A stretch of 64,000 nt of DNA from a virus. The stretch spans positions 7,777 to 71,776 of the IMG/VR virus record IMGVR_UViG_3300030333_008372; one strand, given 5' to 3'. The translations under genes and the position numbers were made by a program. Under the pieces are notes generated by a model that searched no databases, was not told the DNA's origin, and saw only the letters and a list, made by a program, of their open reading frames with translations. Shown in pieces: positions 27,506 to 37,678 of this stretch. Each line of letters starts with the position of its first letter. The stretch's first letter is position 1.

Positions 27506-30500
27506 ATGGCAACGAATTTAAATAAGATAGAAATAAAGCCAAAAAGCGCAGCATATCCAATTAAAAAAATGGCAGGCTTGACCAGAGATGGACAAGTAAC
27601 TGATCAGCTTGATTTTTTTAAGGACTCAATTAGAGAAGACTGGTGGGAATTTTTTGAAATGGTTTCCTTACCAGAATACCATGAGGATGAAGTATCTTTT
27701 ACCATTGGCGTCAAATCAAATTACACCTGTACAGGAACCGACGCTGAACTTGAACAGAGTAAAGCGGAATATTTAAAAGTAGGATTAACCGAGCTTTGTA
27801 GGTTTTATGGCAAAAGCTTTACTGACAGCACTATAGCGCAATTATCCGAAGACACAGACAATGAAACAGGAAGCTCGATATCATCAATAATTGATTATCA
27901 CATGTCATCCCGACCCGGAGCAAAATTAAAATTTTTAGTTGAAGTTGATGCTAGATATTTTAATGCCCTTCCTGATGAGGCGCTACCTGCATCTTTTACT
28001 GACAATCTAGATGTAGAGGGAAATCTTATAACCTCAAGTGGTCTACTTAACCCAACACTTGGGTCTGACGGTAACCTAAATTCATATGAAGATATTTCAA
28101 TTGTAACACTGTCAAGCAATACTGGAAGGGGTGGTTATGAAACGGAGATAGAAAAGACAGCATTCTACATGTCTCAAATGCACAGAGATATGATGTCAAA
28201 TGCAATAAAGATCCGGGGCTTAGATTTAACAAATGAAGCCAGTAGACTTAGGCTGATTCCATCTGTAATACAGGATTTTATTGGTTTTAATTTCTCAGCA
28301 GATGGATACTCTACGGGAGAAAGCAACAAAACAAAAATAGAAGAAAACCGTAGAAATATGCCTCTGCCAATAACTGGACGAGATTATTTAATAAGGTTTG
28401 CCTTTAGAGAACAGACAGAGGGAGTTTTTAAAATATTATGGGCATGCGTTCCTACAGAGAATGGAGAAGTGTTCTTAAAAAATGGATTTGAAAGATTTGT
28501 AACATCCAACCCGTTGGATAACCAAGCTAGTGTAAAATATTTTTATTATCATCAACAGATTTTAAACAATCTAGATAGAAATATTGAACTTAATTTTGCC
28601 GATTTTTTACAAGCTTATCATCATCCTCCAATCGATTTAGCTTCTCTTTTGTCTGGTGTTCAAAAAACGAACCCATTTGACACAGCCAGTGGTGTATCGC
28701 CAAGTGAATACGGCGGAACTGGTAAAGATTTCCCATATTTTATTGAAACAGACCCCGGTGCAGTCTTTCAAAAGCCTAGAAAGGTGTGCGGTTTTAAATT
28801 TCCAGACTTACCAGATTTTAATTTAAGTTTCTTGGACTTATTGCAACAACTTTTAGAACCTGTTAACTTTAAAGCTGAACTTAAGTTGACATTTTTTGCA
28901 ATAGGTCCTCCATGCCCTGCTCCTTTTACAGGAGATACTTTGCCTGCAATTTTAGAGGAAACGGGAAGAAAATTAAAAAATAAAATATTGAAGCAAAAAA
29001 AAGTTATAGATAAAACTGCGGAAGAAGCAGCAGAGACATTTGATTATGTCGGAGATTACTTTACTTCAGAAGAATATATTAATGATTTAGAGAAGAGATT
29101 TGCAAATCCCAACAATGGCTTTTTGTTAAAAATGAGGCAGTTAGGCGATATGGTGATGAATCAATTTGGGGTAGAAAAAATGCTCAAATTGGTTTGTATT
29201 TGTATAGCACAAATTGGAGACGATTTGTTGGCTGAACAAGGTGTAGAACTGCAAGTTCCAAACGGCTCTATGAGTGTTGCATCCCCCGGCGTCTCTTTCG
29301 ACCCCGCTTTATTGTCCGACGACCCAGACCAAAATTTTAATATGAAACAAGCTTTTGATGCAAATCTTGGTTCATTTAATATGCCAGTAGGAATGAAGCC
29401 TTTTCAATTGGAGCAGCTTTGTAGTTTTTGCATAGTGTTGCCGGATATTTTATTAAAATTACCAACCCTAGATCTACTCAAAGAATTATTAGACTTGCTC
29501 TTGGCTCTCTTGGAAGCGCTTTTGGTTTATATCATAATGCAATTAATCTTATCACTTCTAAAGTGGCTTACAAGATGCCCAGATTTTCAATGTGAACTAA
29601 GACCAACCGATGTTGCTGCTGATGATTATGGTAGCTTAAATCTACCAGATTTTTTCCCAGATGCAGGAAGTGATGCAGATGAAGAACCCTTCCCAGATCC
29701 AAGCAGGCAACCACCAGTTTTGGCAAATTGTCCCGCACTTTTTGGAATCGCTGACGCTGTACCAGATTTACAACTGGTTCAAGAAAAATTATTTAGTAGA
29801 ATTTCTGAAGAACTTTCTAGTGGAGAATTGTTAAATGTCTTGGAGGGATATCCTTCAAGATCCTCTGTTTTTGTTATTAAAGAAATAATTGACATGGAGA
29901 GTGATTTTTCCGAAATACGACCTTTTATTGATAGTTATTCAAAAGTAGAAGCGTTAATCGATTGCATTTTTGACAATGCAGATCCTGCTAAAGTTGAAAA
30001 TTTTAATAATGTAACAAAAGATCCCGAGTATTGCCCAGATCCAAGCAAAAATCCTGCCATATACATGAGAGATAAATGTGATAATGAGGAGCAAATAGAA
30101 AGATTTTTATTAAGAGAATCAACAAATAAAGCAGCGAAACTCAAAGGGATTATCGACGCCTTAAGGTCTGATCCGAATTTCTTTGACGATATGTTCCCAG
30201 ATCTCTTCTCAACTAGAGATCCTGATACTAACGAATTGAAACCCGGTTTATTAGCAGATGATAAATTTAAACCACCAATGGTTGATACATTAATTGAGCA
30301 ATACGATCCCTTTATTGATCAAATTAATGTTACAGCAAGAGGAGAAGGCGGGACCGTATTAAGAGCAATGTATCAGAATGGTATGCCTACTTCTGATATA
30401 CCCGGAGATTCAGACTTGAAAACAAATGCGATTGTTCAATTAGTCGCAGCCGCTGCTGGGGCTACAGTGGCACTTCCGGTGCTACCACCCGTTGGCGTGG

Positions 30501-33500
30501 GATTGCTGGCACTAGCTGCCTCCTTATCACCAAATAACCAAAACAACCCAATTAATAGTGACTATCCAATTGTAGGGGGTAAAAATTTAAGAGATGCATT
30601 AAATACTATTGAAAGTAATGGTAGCTATAGCGTTGTAGATACTCCGGGTGCTGCTTCTAAATTCAATGGTATACCCGCTACTCAAATTCCAGATAGGGGT
30701 TCGAGGCAATTTAACACTAGAATTGAGCTTTCTTATCCGGATGGAGGGAAGGCAATAGAATTCTATTTTGAATCGATTACAGATACCTTGAAGGCAAAAG
30801 GTGCTAATAATGGGTATGGTAACCATGCAATTGTCAGAGTTAAGTCTCCTGAGTTATTTAACACTAGTAATTTTATTGCTTTTGGTTATAAGGTGCCGCT
30901 AAGTTATGGCGAAAATGAGGGTGGTTTCGATGTGAATGAAGCTCTCACTTCCGTTAATCTACTTAATTTAACTGCCCCGGCAGATTTGAAAATTCAACCA
31001 TGGACCGTTGATTCTGCAAACCCCGCTCAATATTCTCCGCAAGGCTTAGTTTTTGCACAATTGATTGAAAAAGGATTGGCAGATGTTTTTAACAAGATGT
31101 CTCCCTCCGCACAAGAAAAATTTAGAGCAAAACTAGCTGGGGAGGTGCATTTAACAGCTTTTAGAGATTATGTAGAATCTATAGGTAGGGCAGCACAGCA
31201 ATCTGCATATTTTAAAACTTATGTCTGGGAAGATCTAAAAAATGGTGTTGGCGAGGGAGGCTTGAAAACGAGCAATTTTGGTAGATTTGGAAGAAAAAAT
31301 CCATATACCAAAGGGACAGCAACCTTTGGTATTGGACCTTTTCAGTTTGGAGAATATTTTAGTGCAAAAGATAAAAATCCAAACGGAGGAAGGACTAGCG
31401 TCTGGTGGCAGCCAACTCCTGCAATGAATGACACGCCACTTCGAAGCGGAAAATATTCTAACGGGGAATGTGTTGAATATATTGATGCTGAGAGTATGAA
31501 GAAGAAAATAAAAGAAAATTGGAATTGGTCCGAACAATACGACCCTAGCAACTTGGATCCAAATTATCTACCTCCTATGGCGAATGCTATCTTGGATGAA
31601 TTAATCCCCGAAACTGTAAAGTTTTACTGTTTAGATGCTGCAATTAAGTCTATGCCTGTAACAAAAATATTTAAACCAAAAGGAACAAAAGCCTTTAGAG
31701 ACGATATGTTTGCTGGCGTTATAGCAGAATTAATGATGAAAGAATTTTCTCAATTCGACAGTGGTATCAAAAGCAAGTTCTTTGCACAAGTTAATAAATA
31801 TTTTGAGAGGCGCTACAAAGAGGATGAAAATTTAAATGTTGAAAATGCACCATCAGGTATAACGGCTATTAAGGAACTTGTCAATGAAAACATAGGGGAT
31901 GCCATGGCATTGGCATCAGAAATTACCAACATTAAACATTTAAATGAAGACGCACAAAAAATAACTATCCCAGCAGAAGCTGTTATACAGTCTGGTCCAA
32001 ACGCTAATGGTCTATTCTATGTTCCTAACTTGCTAGGCTCCGAATATACCAGCTTTGTTGATGACAATATACCGAAATCTAGATCTAAGTTCTCAAAATC
32101 ATACCGTTCAGTTACTGGCATCTCAAGAGGTGGGTTTATTTTTGAAGCTTTTATTCAGCTTGATCTTCATCAAGAAACTAAAGATTGGGTTGCAGCAAAA
32201 TTTGGCACCGACTTTTTAGATAATTTAGTGAATGTCCCATTATCACTTGACGGTCTAGAAGAGGCGTTTCTTCAGGAACCTGTAAACGTCCCCAGCGGTG
32301 CCCCCGGAACTTTATTACAAACAGAAGACTTAAATACACTTCTCCAGACAAAAAGTTCCGGAACGCAGAAAACAGGTGGAAGTCACATACTAAAGACTTT
32401 CTTAGAGGCGTTATGGATGGCTCCTCCTGATGAGGCTGTAACGCTCCAATCACCAAATAAAACTTCCAAAGGAGCAGGAACAATAGCGGGGTTTCCACTT
32501 TATCCGGGCTTCAAAAATTCCACTAATTCCAACGTTCCGAATATAGTTATTAAACCAAGCTATATCCCTGATGAATTAAAAAACATAATTACGCCTGTTG
32601 GAGAATCTGGTGTAGGCTTGTTCAAAGAATTTAAAGTAGGAATCAGATTCTCATATGCTATTTCGGCTAATGATGTAGTTGAAGGACTCTTTAATGATAT
32701 AGCTGCCCAAAGTGATCTCTATTTTAGCAATATTTTAGGTGGAACAGGGCTGACGGGTGGCGAGCAAGGTGGTGGACCTGAGCCACTAGTGGGAGCGATA
32801 ATAAAAAATAAATCATTTTTATTTGAAGAAGAGTATACAGTCGATGGTGAGACAAAAACAAACAAGATTTTAACATTCCCAATTGATACAAAATTTTACG
32901 ATAAGCCCGACACTTTCGGGCATCTTTTCGCTAAAAATAAGTATGTGCCTAATCGTGTTGTGTTTGATAAACCAGAAGGCAGTTATTCTCTCTGGGTGAA
33001 AAACCATTTGCCACCTCTTAAAGCTGAATATTCGGGCGATAATGCATTGGCTGCTCATCTTGGGACCGCAGGAGTATACAAGGTTGTTGCACAAATACAA
33101 GATATTCTCTTACCTTCTGTAAGACCAGTAACCACAACAGAGCAGGTTCTTAATCCTAAATTAAATATTGTGGATTGGCTGAACGCAGGGTCTCCATTAG
33201 ACGGGCTGGTGGATGAAGACGGTGAAAAAGTTCCTTTGTTTATTGATACTAAGGTCCCAGTTCTCGGTGACGATGGTAAGCCCCTCACAGAGACACTTAG
33301 CATGCTTGACGATTATTTAAAAGAAACTCAGTTTTCAAAAAGCGCCCTAGCAACGAGTTTTAGCAAAAGCAATGCTTGGAAAGCTATGACTGATTATGCT
33401 CTTCCACAAGGATTAGCTAGCAACATTGTATCGCTTTATGCTTATTTAAATTTGATTAAAGGTCTTGGAAGTTTTAAAACTTTTAATTCAACCAAGGAGC

Positions 33501-33670
33501 TATATAAGTTATTTTTTATTAGTGCTACAACAAAATCTGGAAAAGATGGAAAGCCATTAGGCGGAGATTTTGATTCTAGTGGGCTAGTCCCTGAAGAGTC
33601 TGAGCCGCCTACGTTGGATGAAGACGGCAATCCATTACCACAAGAATCACCTTTTGGAGACAACTGTTAG
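27506..33670 (+). CDS. Large (2054 aa) putative virion protein of unknown function
   Basis: Long ORF between the gp5-like and gp25 genes; two internal hydrophobic segments. Confidence 0.7.
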   Translation: MATNLNKIEIKPKSAAYPIKKMAGLTRDGQVTDQLDFFKDSIREDWWEFFEMVSLPEYHEDEVSFTIGVKSNYTCTGTDAELEQSKAEYLKVGLTELCRFYGKSFTDSTIAQLSEDTDNETGSSISSIIDYHMSSRPGAKLKFLVEVDARYFNALPDEALPASFTDNLDVEGNLITSSGLLNPTLGSDGNLNSYEDISIVTLSSNTGRGGYETEIEKTAFYMSQMHRDMMSNAIKIRGLDLTNEASRLRLIPSVIQDFIGFNFSADGYSTGESNKTKIEENRRNMPLPITGRDYLIRFAFREQTEGVFKILWACVPTENGEVFLKNGFERFVTSNPLDNQASVKYFYYHQQILNNLDRNIELNFADFLQAYHHPPIDLASLLSGVQKTNPFDTASGVSPSEYGGTGKDFPYFIETDPGAVFQKPRKVCGFKFPDLPDFNLSFLDLLQQLLEPVNFKAELKLTFFAIGPPCPAPFTGDTLPAILEETGRKLKNKILKQKKVIDKTAEEAAETFDYVGDYFTSEEYINDLEKRFANPNNGFLLKMRQLGDMVMNQFGVEKMLKLVCICIAQIGDDLLAEQGVELQVPNGSMSVASPGVSFDPALLSDDPDQNFNMKQAFDANLGSFNMPVGMKPFQLEQLCSFCIVLPDILLKLPTLDLLKELLDLLLALLEALLVYIIMQLILSLLKWLTRCPDFQCELRPTDVAADDYGSLNLPDFFPDAGSDADEEPFPDPSRQPPVLANCPALFGIADAVPDLQLVQEKLFSRISEELSSGELLNVLEGYPSRSSVFVIKEIIDMESDFSEIRPFIDSYSKVEALIDCIFDNADPAKVENFNNVTKDPEYCPDPSKNPAIYMRDKCDNEEQIERFLLRESTNKAAKLKGIIDALRSDPNFFDDMFPDLFSTRDPDTNELKPGLLADDKFKPPMVDTLIEQYDPFIDQINVTARGEGGTVLRAMYQNGMPTSDIPGDSDLKTNAIVQLVAAAAGATVALPVLPPVGVGLLALAASLSPNNQNNPINSDYPIVGGKNLRDALNTIESNGSYSVVDTPGAASKFNGIPATQIPDRGSRQFNTRIELSYPDGGKAIEFYFESITDTLKAKGANNGYGNHAIVRVKSPELFNTSNFIAFGYKVPLSYGENEGGFDVNEALTSVNLLNLTAPADLKIQPWTVDSANPAQYSPQGLVFAQLIEKGLADVFNKMSPSAQEKFRAKLAGEVHLTAFRDYVESIGRAAQQSAYFKTYVWEDLKNGVGEGGLKTSNFGRFGRKNPYTKGTATFGIGPFQFGEYFSAKDKNPNGGRTSVWWQPTPAMNDTPLRSGKYSNGECVEYIDAESMKKKIKENWNWSEQYDPSNLDPNYLPPMANAILDELIPETVKFYCLDAAIKSMPVTKIFKPKGTKAFRDDMFAGVIAELMMKEFSQFDSGIKSKFFAQVNKYFERRYKEDENLNVENAPSGITAIKELVNENIGDAMALASEITNIKHLNEDAQKITIPAEAVIQSGPNANGLFYVPNLLGSEYTSFVDDNIPKSRSKFSKSYRSVTGISRGGFIFEAFIQLDLHQETKDWVAAKFGTDFLDNLVNVPLSLDGLEEAFLQEPVNVPSGAPGTLLQTEDLNTLLQTKSSGTQKTGGSHILKTFLEALWMAPPDEAVTLQSPNKTSKGAGTIAGFPLYPGFKNSTNSNVPNIVIKPSYIPDELKNIITPVGESGVGLFKEFKVGIRFSYAISANDVVEGLFNDIAAQSDLYFSNILGGTGLTGGEQGGGPEPLVGAIIKNKSFLFEEEYTVDGETKTNKILTFPIDTKFYDKPDTFGHLFAKNKYVPNRVVFDKPEGSYSLWVKNHLPPLKAEYSGDNALAAHLGTAGVYKVVAQIQDILLPSVRPVTTTEQVLNPKLNIVDWLNAGSPLDGLVDEDGEKVPLFIDTKVPVLGDDGKPLTETLSMLDDYLKETQFSKSALATSFSKSNAWKAMTDYALPQGLASNIVSLYAYLNLIKGLGSFKTFNSTKELYKLFFISATTKSGKDGKPLGGDFDSSGLVPEESEPPTLDEDGNPLPQESPFGDNC

Positions 33671-33689
33671 GATTAAAAAGTATTTAGTG

Positions 33690-33696
33690 CTATTTA
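33690..33696 (+). promoter_or_regulatory. Putative late promoter CTATTTA
   Basis: Recurrent motif upstream of the gp25 Shine-Dalgarno. Confidence 0.45.
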
Positions 33697-33712
33697 TTAT
33701 TGGAGGCTTAAA

Positions 33713-34099
33713 ATGTCTGGAATTGCACCGAAATTACCACTACAGCTTGACCCGCAATATGGGATTGCTTTAACTAAAACCTTAAAAGAAACAATCAAGC
33801 AAAACCTCAAAATGCTTGTTTTAACCGCTCCGGGTGAAAGATTGATGATTCCGGAATATGGCGTTGGGTTAAGAAACTATCTTTTTGAACAGAATATATC
33901 TTCGGTTAGAACAGATCTAGCCAATGCTATTAGGGATCAAGTTGCGATTTTTATGCCTTTTATTAAAATTGTAGAATTAGAATTTGGCTCTTCTCCTGTT
34001 AATCCTCAAATTTTGAATACAACACTGAAGTATACAATACCAAACACCACTACAATTCAAAGTTTGAATATTGAGACAGAAACAGGTTCTACATATTAG
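33713..34099 (+). CDS. gp25: Baseplate wedge protein, gp25/GPW-like
   Basis: IKQNLKMLVLTAPGERLMIPEYGVGLRNYLFEQ. Confidence 0.92.
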   Translation: MSGIAPKLPLQLDPQYGIALTKTLKETIKQNLKMLVLTAPGERLMIPEYGVGLRNYLFEQNISSVRTDLANAIRDQVAIFMPFIKIVELEFGSSPVNPQILNTTLKYTIPNTTTIQSLNIETETGSTY

Positions 34100-34117
34100 A
34101 AACTTAATTTTTTTATT

Positions 34118-34125
34118 ACTACTTA
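34118..34125 (+). promoter_or_regulatory. Putative late promoter ACTACTTA
   Basis: Variant of the recurrent motif upstream of the gp6-like gene. Confidence 0.4.
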
Positions 34126-34151
34126 TGTAAAATATTAAAAGGAGAAAAAAG

Positions 34152-35960
34152 TTGCCCGGATATAGATCAAAAAAAACATACCCAATTAAATATACCAGTC
34201 GTGACTTTGAAACCATTAAAAGAGACCTTTTGGAGCACGTCAGAAGGTATTATCCAGACAATTATAAAGATTTTAGTGAAAATTCTTTTGGATCCTTATT
34301 ACTCGATACTGTTTCTTATGTTGGAGACGTCTTATCCTTTTATCTTGACTATTCTGTTAATGAGTCATTTTTATCAACAGCGGTTGAATATGATAACGTT
34401 GTTAAGCTAGGCAGGCAATTAGGCTATAAACATCGTATGAACCCATCTTCTTCAGGAGTCTTAAGTCTCTATATCTTAGTTCCTGCAACATCAGATGGAT
34501 CTGAACCAGATTCTCGTTATATGCCAGTTTTAAAAAGAGGTAGTACATTTACGTCCAATGGAGGTGCAACTTTTACTTTATCTAGAGATGTTGATTTTGG
34601 AAACCCTGCAAATGTTGTTACTGTAGCGACCCAAAACCCAACAAATGGTCTACCAACTAAATTTGCAGTCCAAACTTTTGGAATAGTTGTTTCCGGAGAA
34701 GTGACATCAGTTAACCAGACTGTTGGAGAGTTTCAAAGATTTCTTCGTATTGACATCAATGATGACAAACTAACTGAAATAGTTGATGTTATTGACAGTC
34801 AAGGTCATAGATATTTTGAAGTAGATCATCTTAGTCAAAATGTTGTCATGTCTGCATTTATAAACAAAGGGGCTAGCCAATTTCAAACACCAATGATAAT
34901 GAAGCCGCAGCCAGTCCCAAGAAGGTTCACTGTTGAACAAAATAGGACGACTACATCTCTTCAATTTGGCTATGGATCCGAGGATAACTTAACAAATGAA
35001 AGAATATCCGATCCTTCTAAAGTTGTTTTAGAAGCCCACGCAAAGAGTTATGTCACTGACAAGTCTTTTGATCCAACAAACTTAATTCAGACTGATAAAT
35101 TGGGTGTTGTACCAACAAACACTACTTTAACAATAAAATACAGAAGAAATAATTCGACAAATTTAAATGCTGCCGCAAACTCAGTAGTGTCGATTACTAA
35201 TTCAGACATGTTGTTTGAAAACGTTAACAATCTAGACCAAAGTGAGATCTCAGCAGTTAAAACCAGCCTTGAATGCACAAATGAGCAACCGATAGTTGGA
35301 AATGTTACTTCCCCAACCTCAGAAGAATTAAAATATAGAGCATATGGCTCTTTCTCTTCCCAAAACCGAGCAGTAACAATTCAGGATTACCAATCTCTCA
35401 TTTATAATATGCCGCCAATGTTTGGTGCTGTTAAAAGAGCGAATGTCATAAGAGACGCAGACTCAAACAAGAGAAATTTAAATATATATATTTTATCAGA
35501 AGATGATAAGGGAAACTTGATAAACTCTAATCAAGTTTTGAAAAACAACATTAAAACTTGGCTAGCTCAATATAAAATGTTAAATGATACGGTTGATATT
35601 TTGGACGGCAGAATAGTAAACATTGGAATTGAATTTGAAGTTTTATCCGATGTTGGAACTAGTAAATTTGAAGTTTTACAAAAAGCAAAAAAAGATTTAA
35701 CGATTGAAATGGCAACTGTTAAATACGACATGGGCGAGCCATTTAGGATTAGCGATATTTTAAGAATTCTAAAAAACACTGAAGGTGTCTTGGATGTTAT
35801 TTCTGTTCGTGTTTTTAAAAGAAGCGGAGCAGCGTATTCTACATTTTATTATAATTTAGATGCCAATCTTACACCAGACGGGAGATTAATAACAATTCCA
35901 GAAAACGCAGCCTTTGAAATTAAATTCCCTAACTCAGACATTGTAGGAACGATTAGATAA
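34152..35960 (+). CDS. gp6: Baseplate wedge subunit, T4 gp6 / baseplate J-like
   Basis: YTSRDFETIK, YVGDVLSFYLD, ESFLSTA, LQFGYG, QNRAVTIQDY; TTG start after AGGAG. Confidence 0.88.
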   Translation: MPGYRSKKTYPIKYTSRDFETIKRDLLEHVRRYYPDNYKDFSENSFGSLLLDTVSYVGDVLSFYLDYSVNESFLSTAVEYDNVVKLGRQLGYKHRMNPSSSGVLSLYILVPATSDGSEPDSRYMPVLKRGSTFTSNGGATFTLSRDVDFGNPANVVTVATQNPTNGLPTKFAVQTFGIVVSGEVTSVNQTVGEFQRFLRIDINDDKLTEIVDVIDSQGHRYFEVDHLSQNVVMSAFINKGASQFQTPMIMKPQPVPRRFTVEQNRTTTSLQFGYGSEDNLTNERISDPSKVVLEAHAKSYVTDKSFDPTNLIQTDKLGVVPTNTTLTIKYRRNNSTNLNAAANSVVSITNSDMLFENVNNLDQSEISAVKTSLECTNEQPIVGNVTSPTSEELKYRAYGSFSSQNRAVTIQDYQSLIYNMPPMFGAVKRANVIRDADSNKRNLNIYILSEDDKGNLINSNQVLKNNIKTWLAQYKMLNDTVDILDGRIVNIGIEFEVLSDVGTSKFEVLQKAKKDLTIEMATVKYDMGEPFRISDILRILKNTEGVLDVISVRVFKRSGAAYSTFYYNLDANLTPDGRLITIPENAAFEIKFPNSDIVGTIR

Positions 35961-37675
35961 TGATTAAAATATATAGTGCATCGGCAGACAACACAATTAC
36001 AAATGCTTATAAACCAGACTTGACAAATCGTGGCACTGGCTCAAATATGGGTGCGGCTGATATTTTAGAGGTGTTTTCTTTGTACGGTCAAGCCAACAGC
36101 ACCTCAGATGAGATAGCTAGAACACTAATACAGTTTCCTGTTAACGAGATTTCATCTGACAGAACATCAGGCGACATTCCAGCTTCTGGTTCAGTTGATT
36201 TCTTTTTGCGATTATATAATGCTCCCCATACTCTCACCACGCCTAAAAATTATACATTAGAAGTTAAACCATTGATACAAAATTGGCAAGAGGGAAGAGG
36301 TTTAGATCTTGATGAATACAAAGATGAAACATATGAACTCGAAGGTTCAAACTGGGTTTATGCTTCTAGTGGGTCTAAATGGCAGGGAGTTGGAGATGGC
36401 GAAACTTTAGGTGGTGCATTTTACGATAACGATGATGGATTAACAGATAAAGATAGTGACACCGATAATGGCTCGGCTGGACAACAAAGATTATATAAAC
36501 AGTCTTTTACAGATGGAACTGAAGATCTTCAAATTAAAGTAACAGAACTGGTTGAAGAGTGGATGGCTGGAACTCTAGCAAATAATGGATTTTTAGTTAA
36601 ACTTAGCGGCACGTTTGAAGCATTCCATTCAGGATCTAATGTTGTGGAGACTGATGGAGTCTTAACAGGACCCGGAGTAGACACGACACCAAACCTTATG
36701 AGTCTCAACAATCATACTGGATCTCAAGACTCGTTTTACATTAAAAAGTTTTTTGCAAGATCAAGTGAATATTTTTATAAGACCCCAAGAATTGAGGCAA
36801 GATGGGATGATAGTAAAAAAGATGACACTTCTAATTTTTATGTTAGCAGCGCATTAGCACCAGAACTTGACAATGTTAACACAATTTACTTCTATAACTA
36901 TGTCCGTGGACAATTGCAGAATATTCCTGCTGTTGGGGATGGTGATATCTTTGTGGCTTTCCATACAGGCTCTTCAAGAGAAAATTTAGATCCTGTCCCT
37001 TGCGAGGTGAAAGATTTAGTTAAGGGAGAGACATCAGCCAATTACCACACGTTTGTGACAGGCGGCTACGTTGAAACTGGTATTTATTCTGCTTCAGTTG
37101 TCGTTTCTTCTTCTTTAAGTTCGAATAATTTTTATTTTCCAGTATGGCAACATGGAACAGAGGACACCACTCAAGGATTAGATCCAAATAATCGTGGCAT
37201 GACTACGCTTTTTACTGGTTCTGCAATTGATGCAAAGTTATTTGACACAAGACAGGGTAACCCATCCCCAACATATGTAAATCATATGACTAATTTAAAA
37301 TCTTCTTATTCTCGGAGTGAGAAAGCAAGAATGAGACTTTTTGTTAGGGAGGAAAACTGGTGTCCAACAATATATAGTATTGCACAAAAAGAACAAAGAG
37401 ACCTTAAAATTATTGAAGATTCATATTATAAAGTATATAGGGTTATAGATGAGCTGGAAGTTATTCCATATGGCACTGGTAGTTCTGCAACGCCACAAAC
37501 ACTAGGAAACAATGAGTCTTTTACAAGACTTTCATTTGATGCCTCTGGAAGTTATTTTGATTTAGACATGTCTCTAATGGAAGCTGGATATTCATATGGA
37601 ATTAAATTTGTGCATTATATTAATGGAGACTGGAGAGAACAACCAGAAGTTTTTAAATTCAGAGTTGAAGAGTGA
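35960..37675 (+). CDS. Putative baseplate/tail-associated virion protein (DNRLRE-like beta-sandwich N-terminus)
   Basis: ADNTI, RTLIQF, WQEGRG, VTELVEEW, NNGFLVK, PRIEARW; follows gp6. Confidence 0.6.
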   Translation: MIKIYSASADNTITNAYKPDLTNRGTGSNMGAADILEVFSLYGQANSTSDEIARTLIQFPVNEISSDRTSGDIPASGSVDFFLRLYNAPHTLTTPKNYTLEVKPLIQNWQEGRGLDLDEYKDETYELEGSNWVYASSGSKWQGVGDGETLGGAFYDNDDGLTDKDSDTDNGSAGQQRLYKQSFTDGTEDLQIKVTELVEEWMAGTLANNGFLVKLSGTFEAFHSGSNVVETDGVLTGPGVDTTPNLMSLNNHTGSQDSFYIKKFFARSSEYFYKTPRIEARWDDSKKDDTSNFYVSSALAPELDNVNTIYFYNYVRGQLQNIPAVGDGDIFVAFHTGSSRENLDPVPCEVKDLVKGETSANYHTFVTGGYVETGIYSASVVVSSSLSSNNFYFPVWQHGTEDTTQGLDPNNRGMTTLFTGSAIDAKLFDTRQGNPSPTYVNHMTNLKSSYSRSEKARMRLFVREENWCPTIYSIAQKEQRDLKIIEDSYYKVYRVIDELEVIPYGTGSSATPQTLGNNESFTRLSFDASGSYFDLDMSLMEAGYSYGIKFVHYINGDWREQPEVFKFRVEE

Positions 37676-37678
37676 TAA

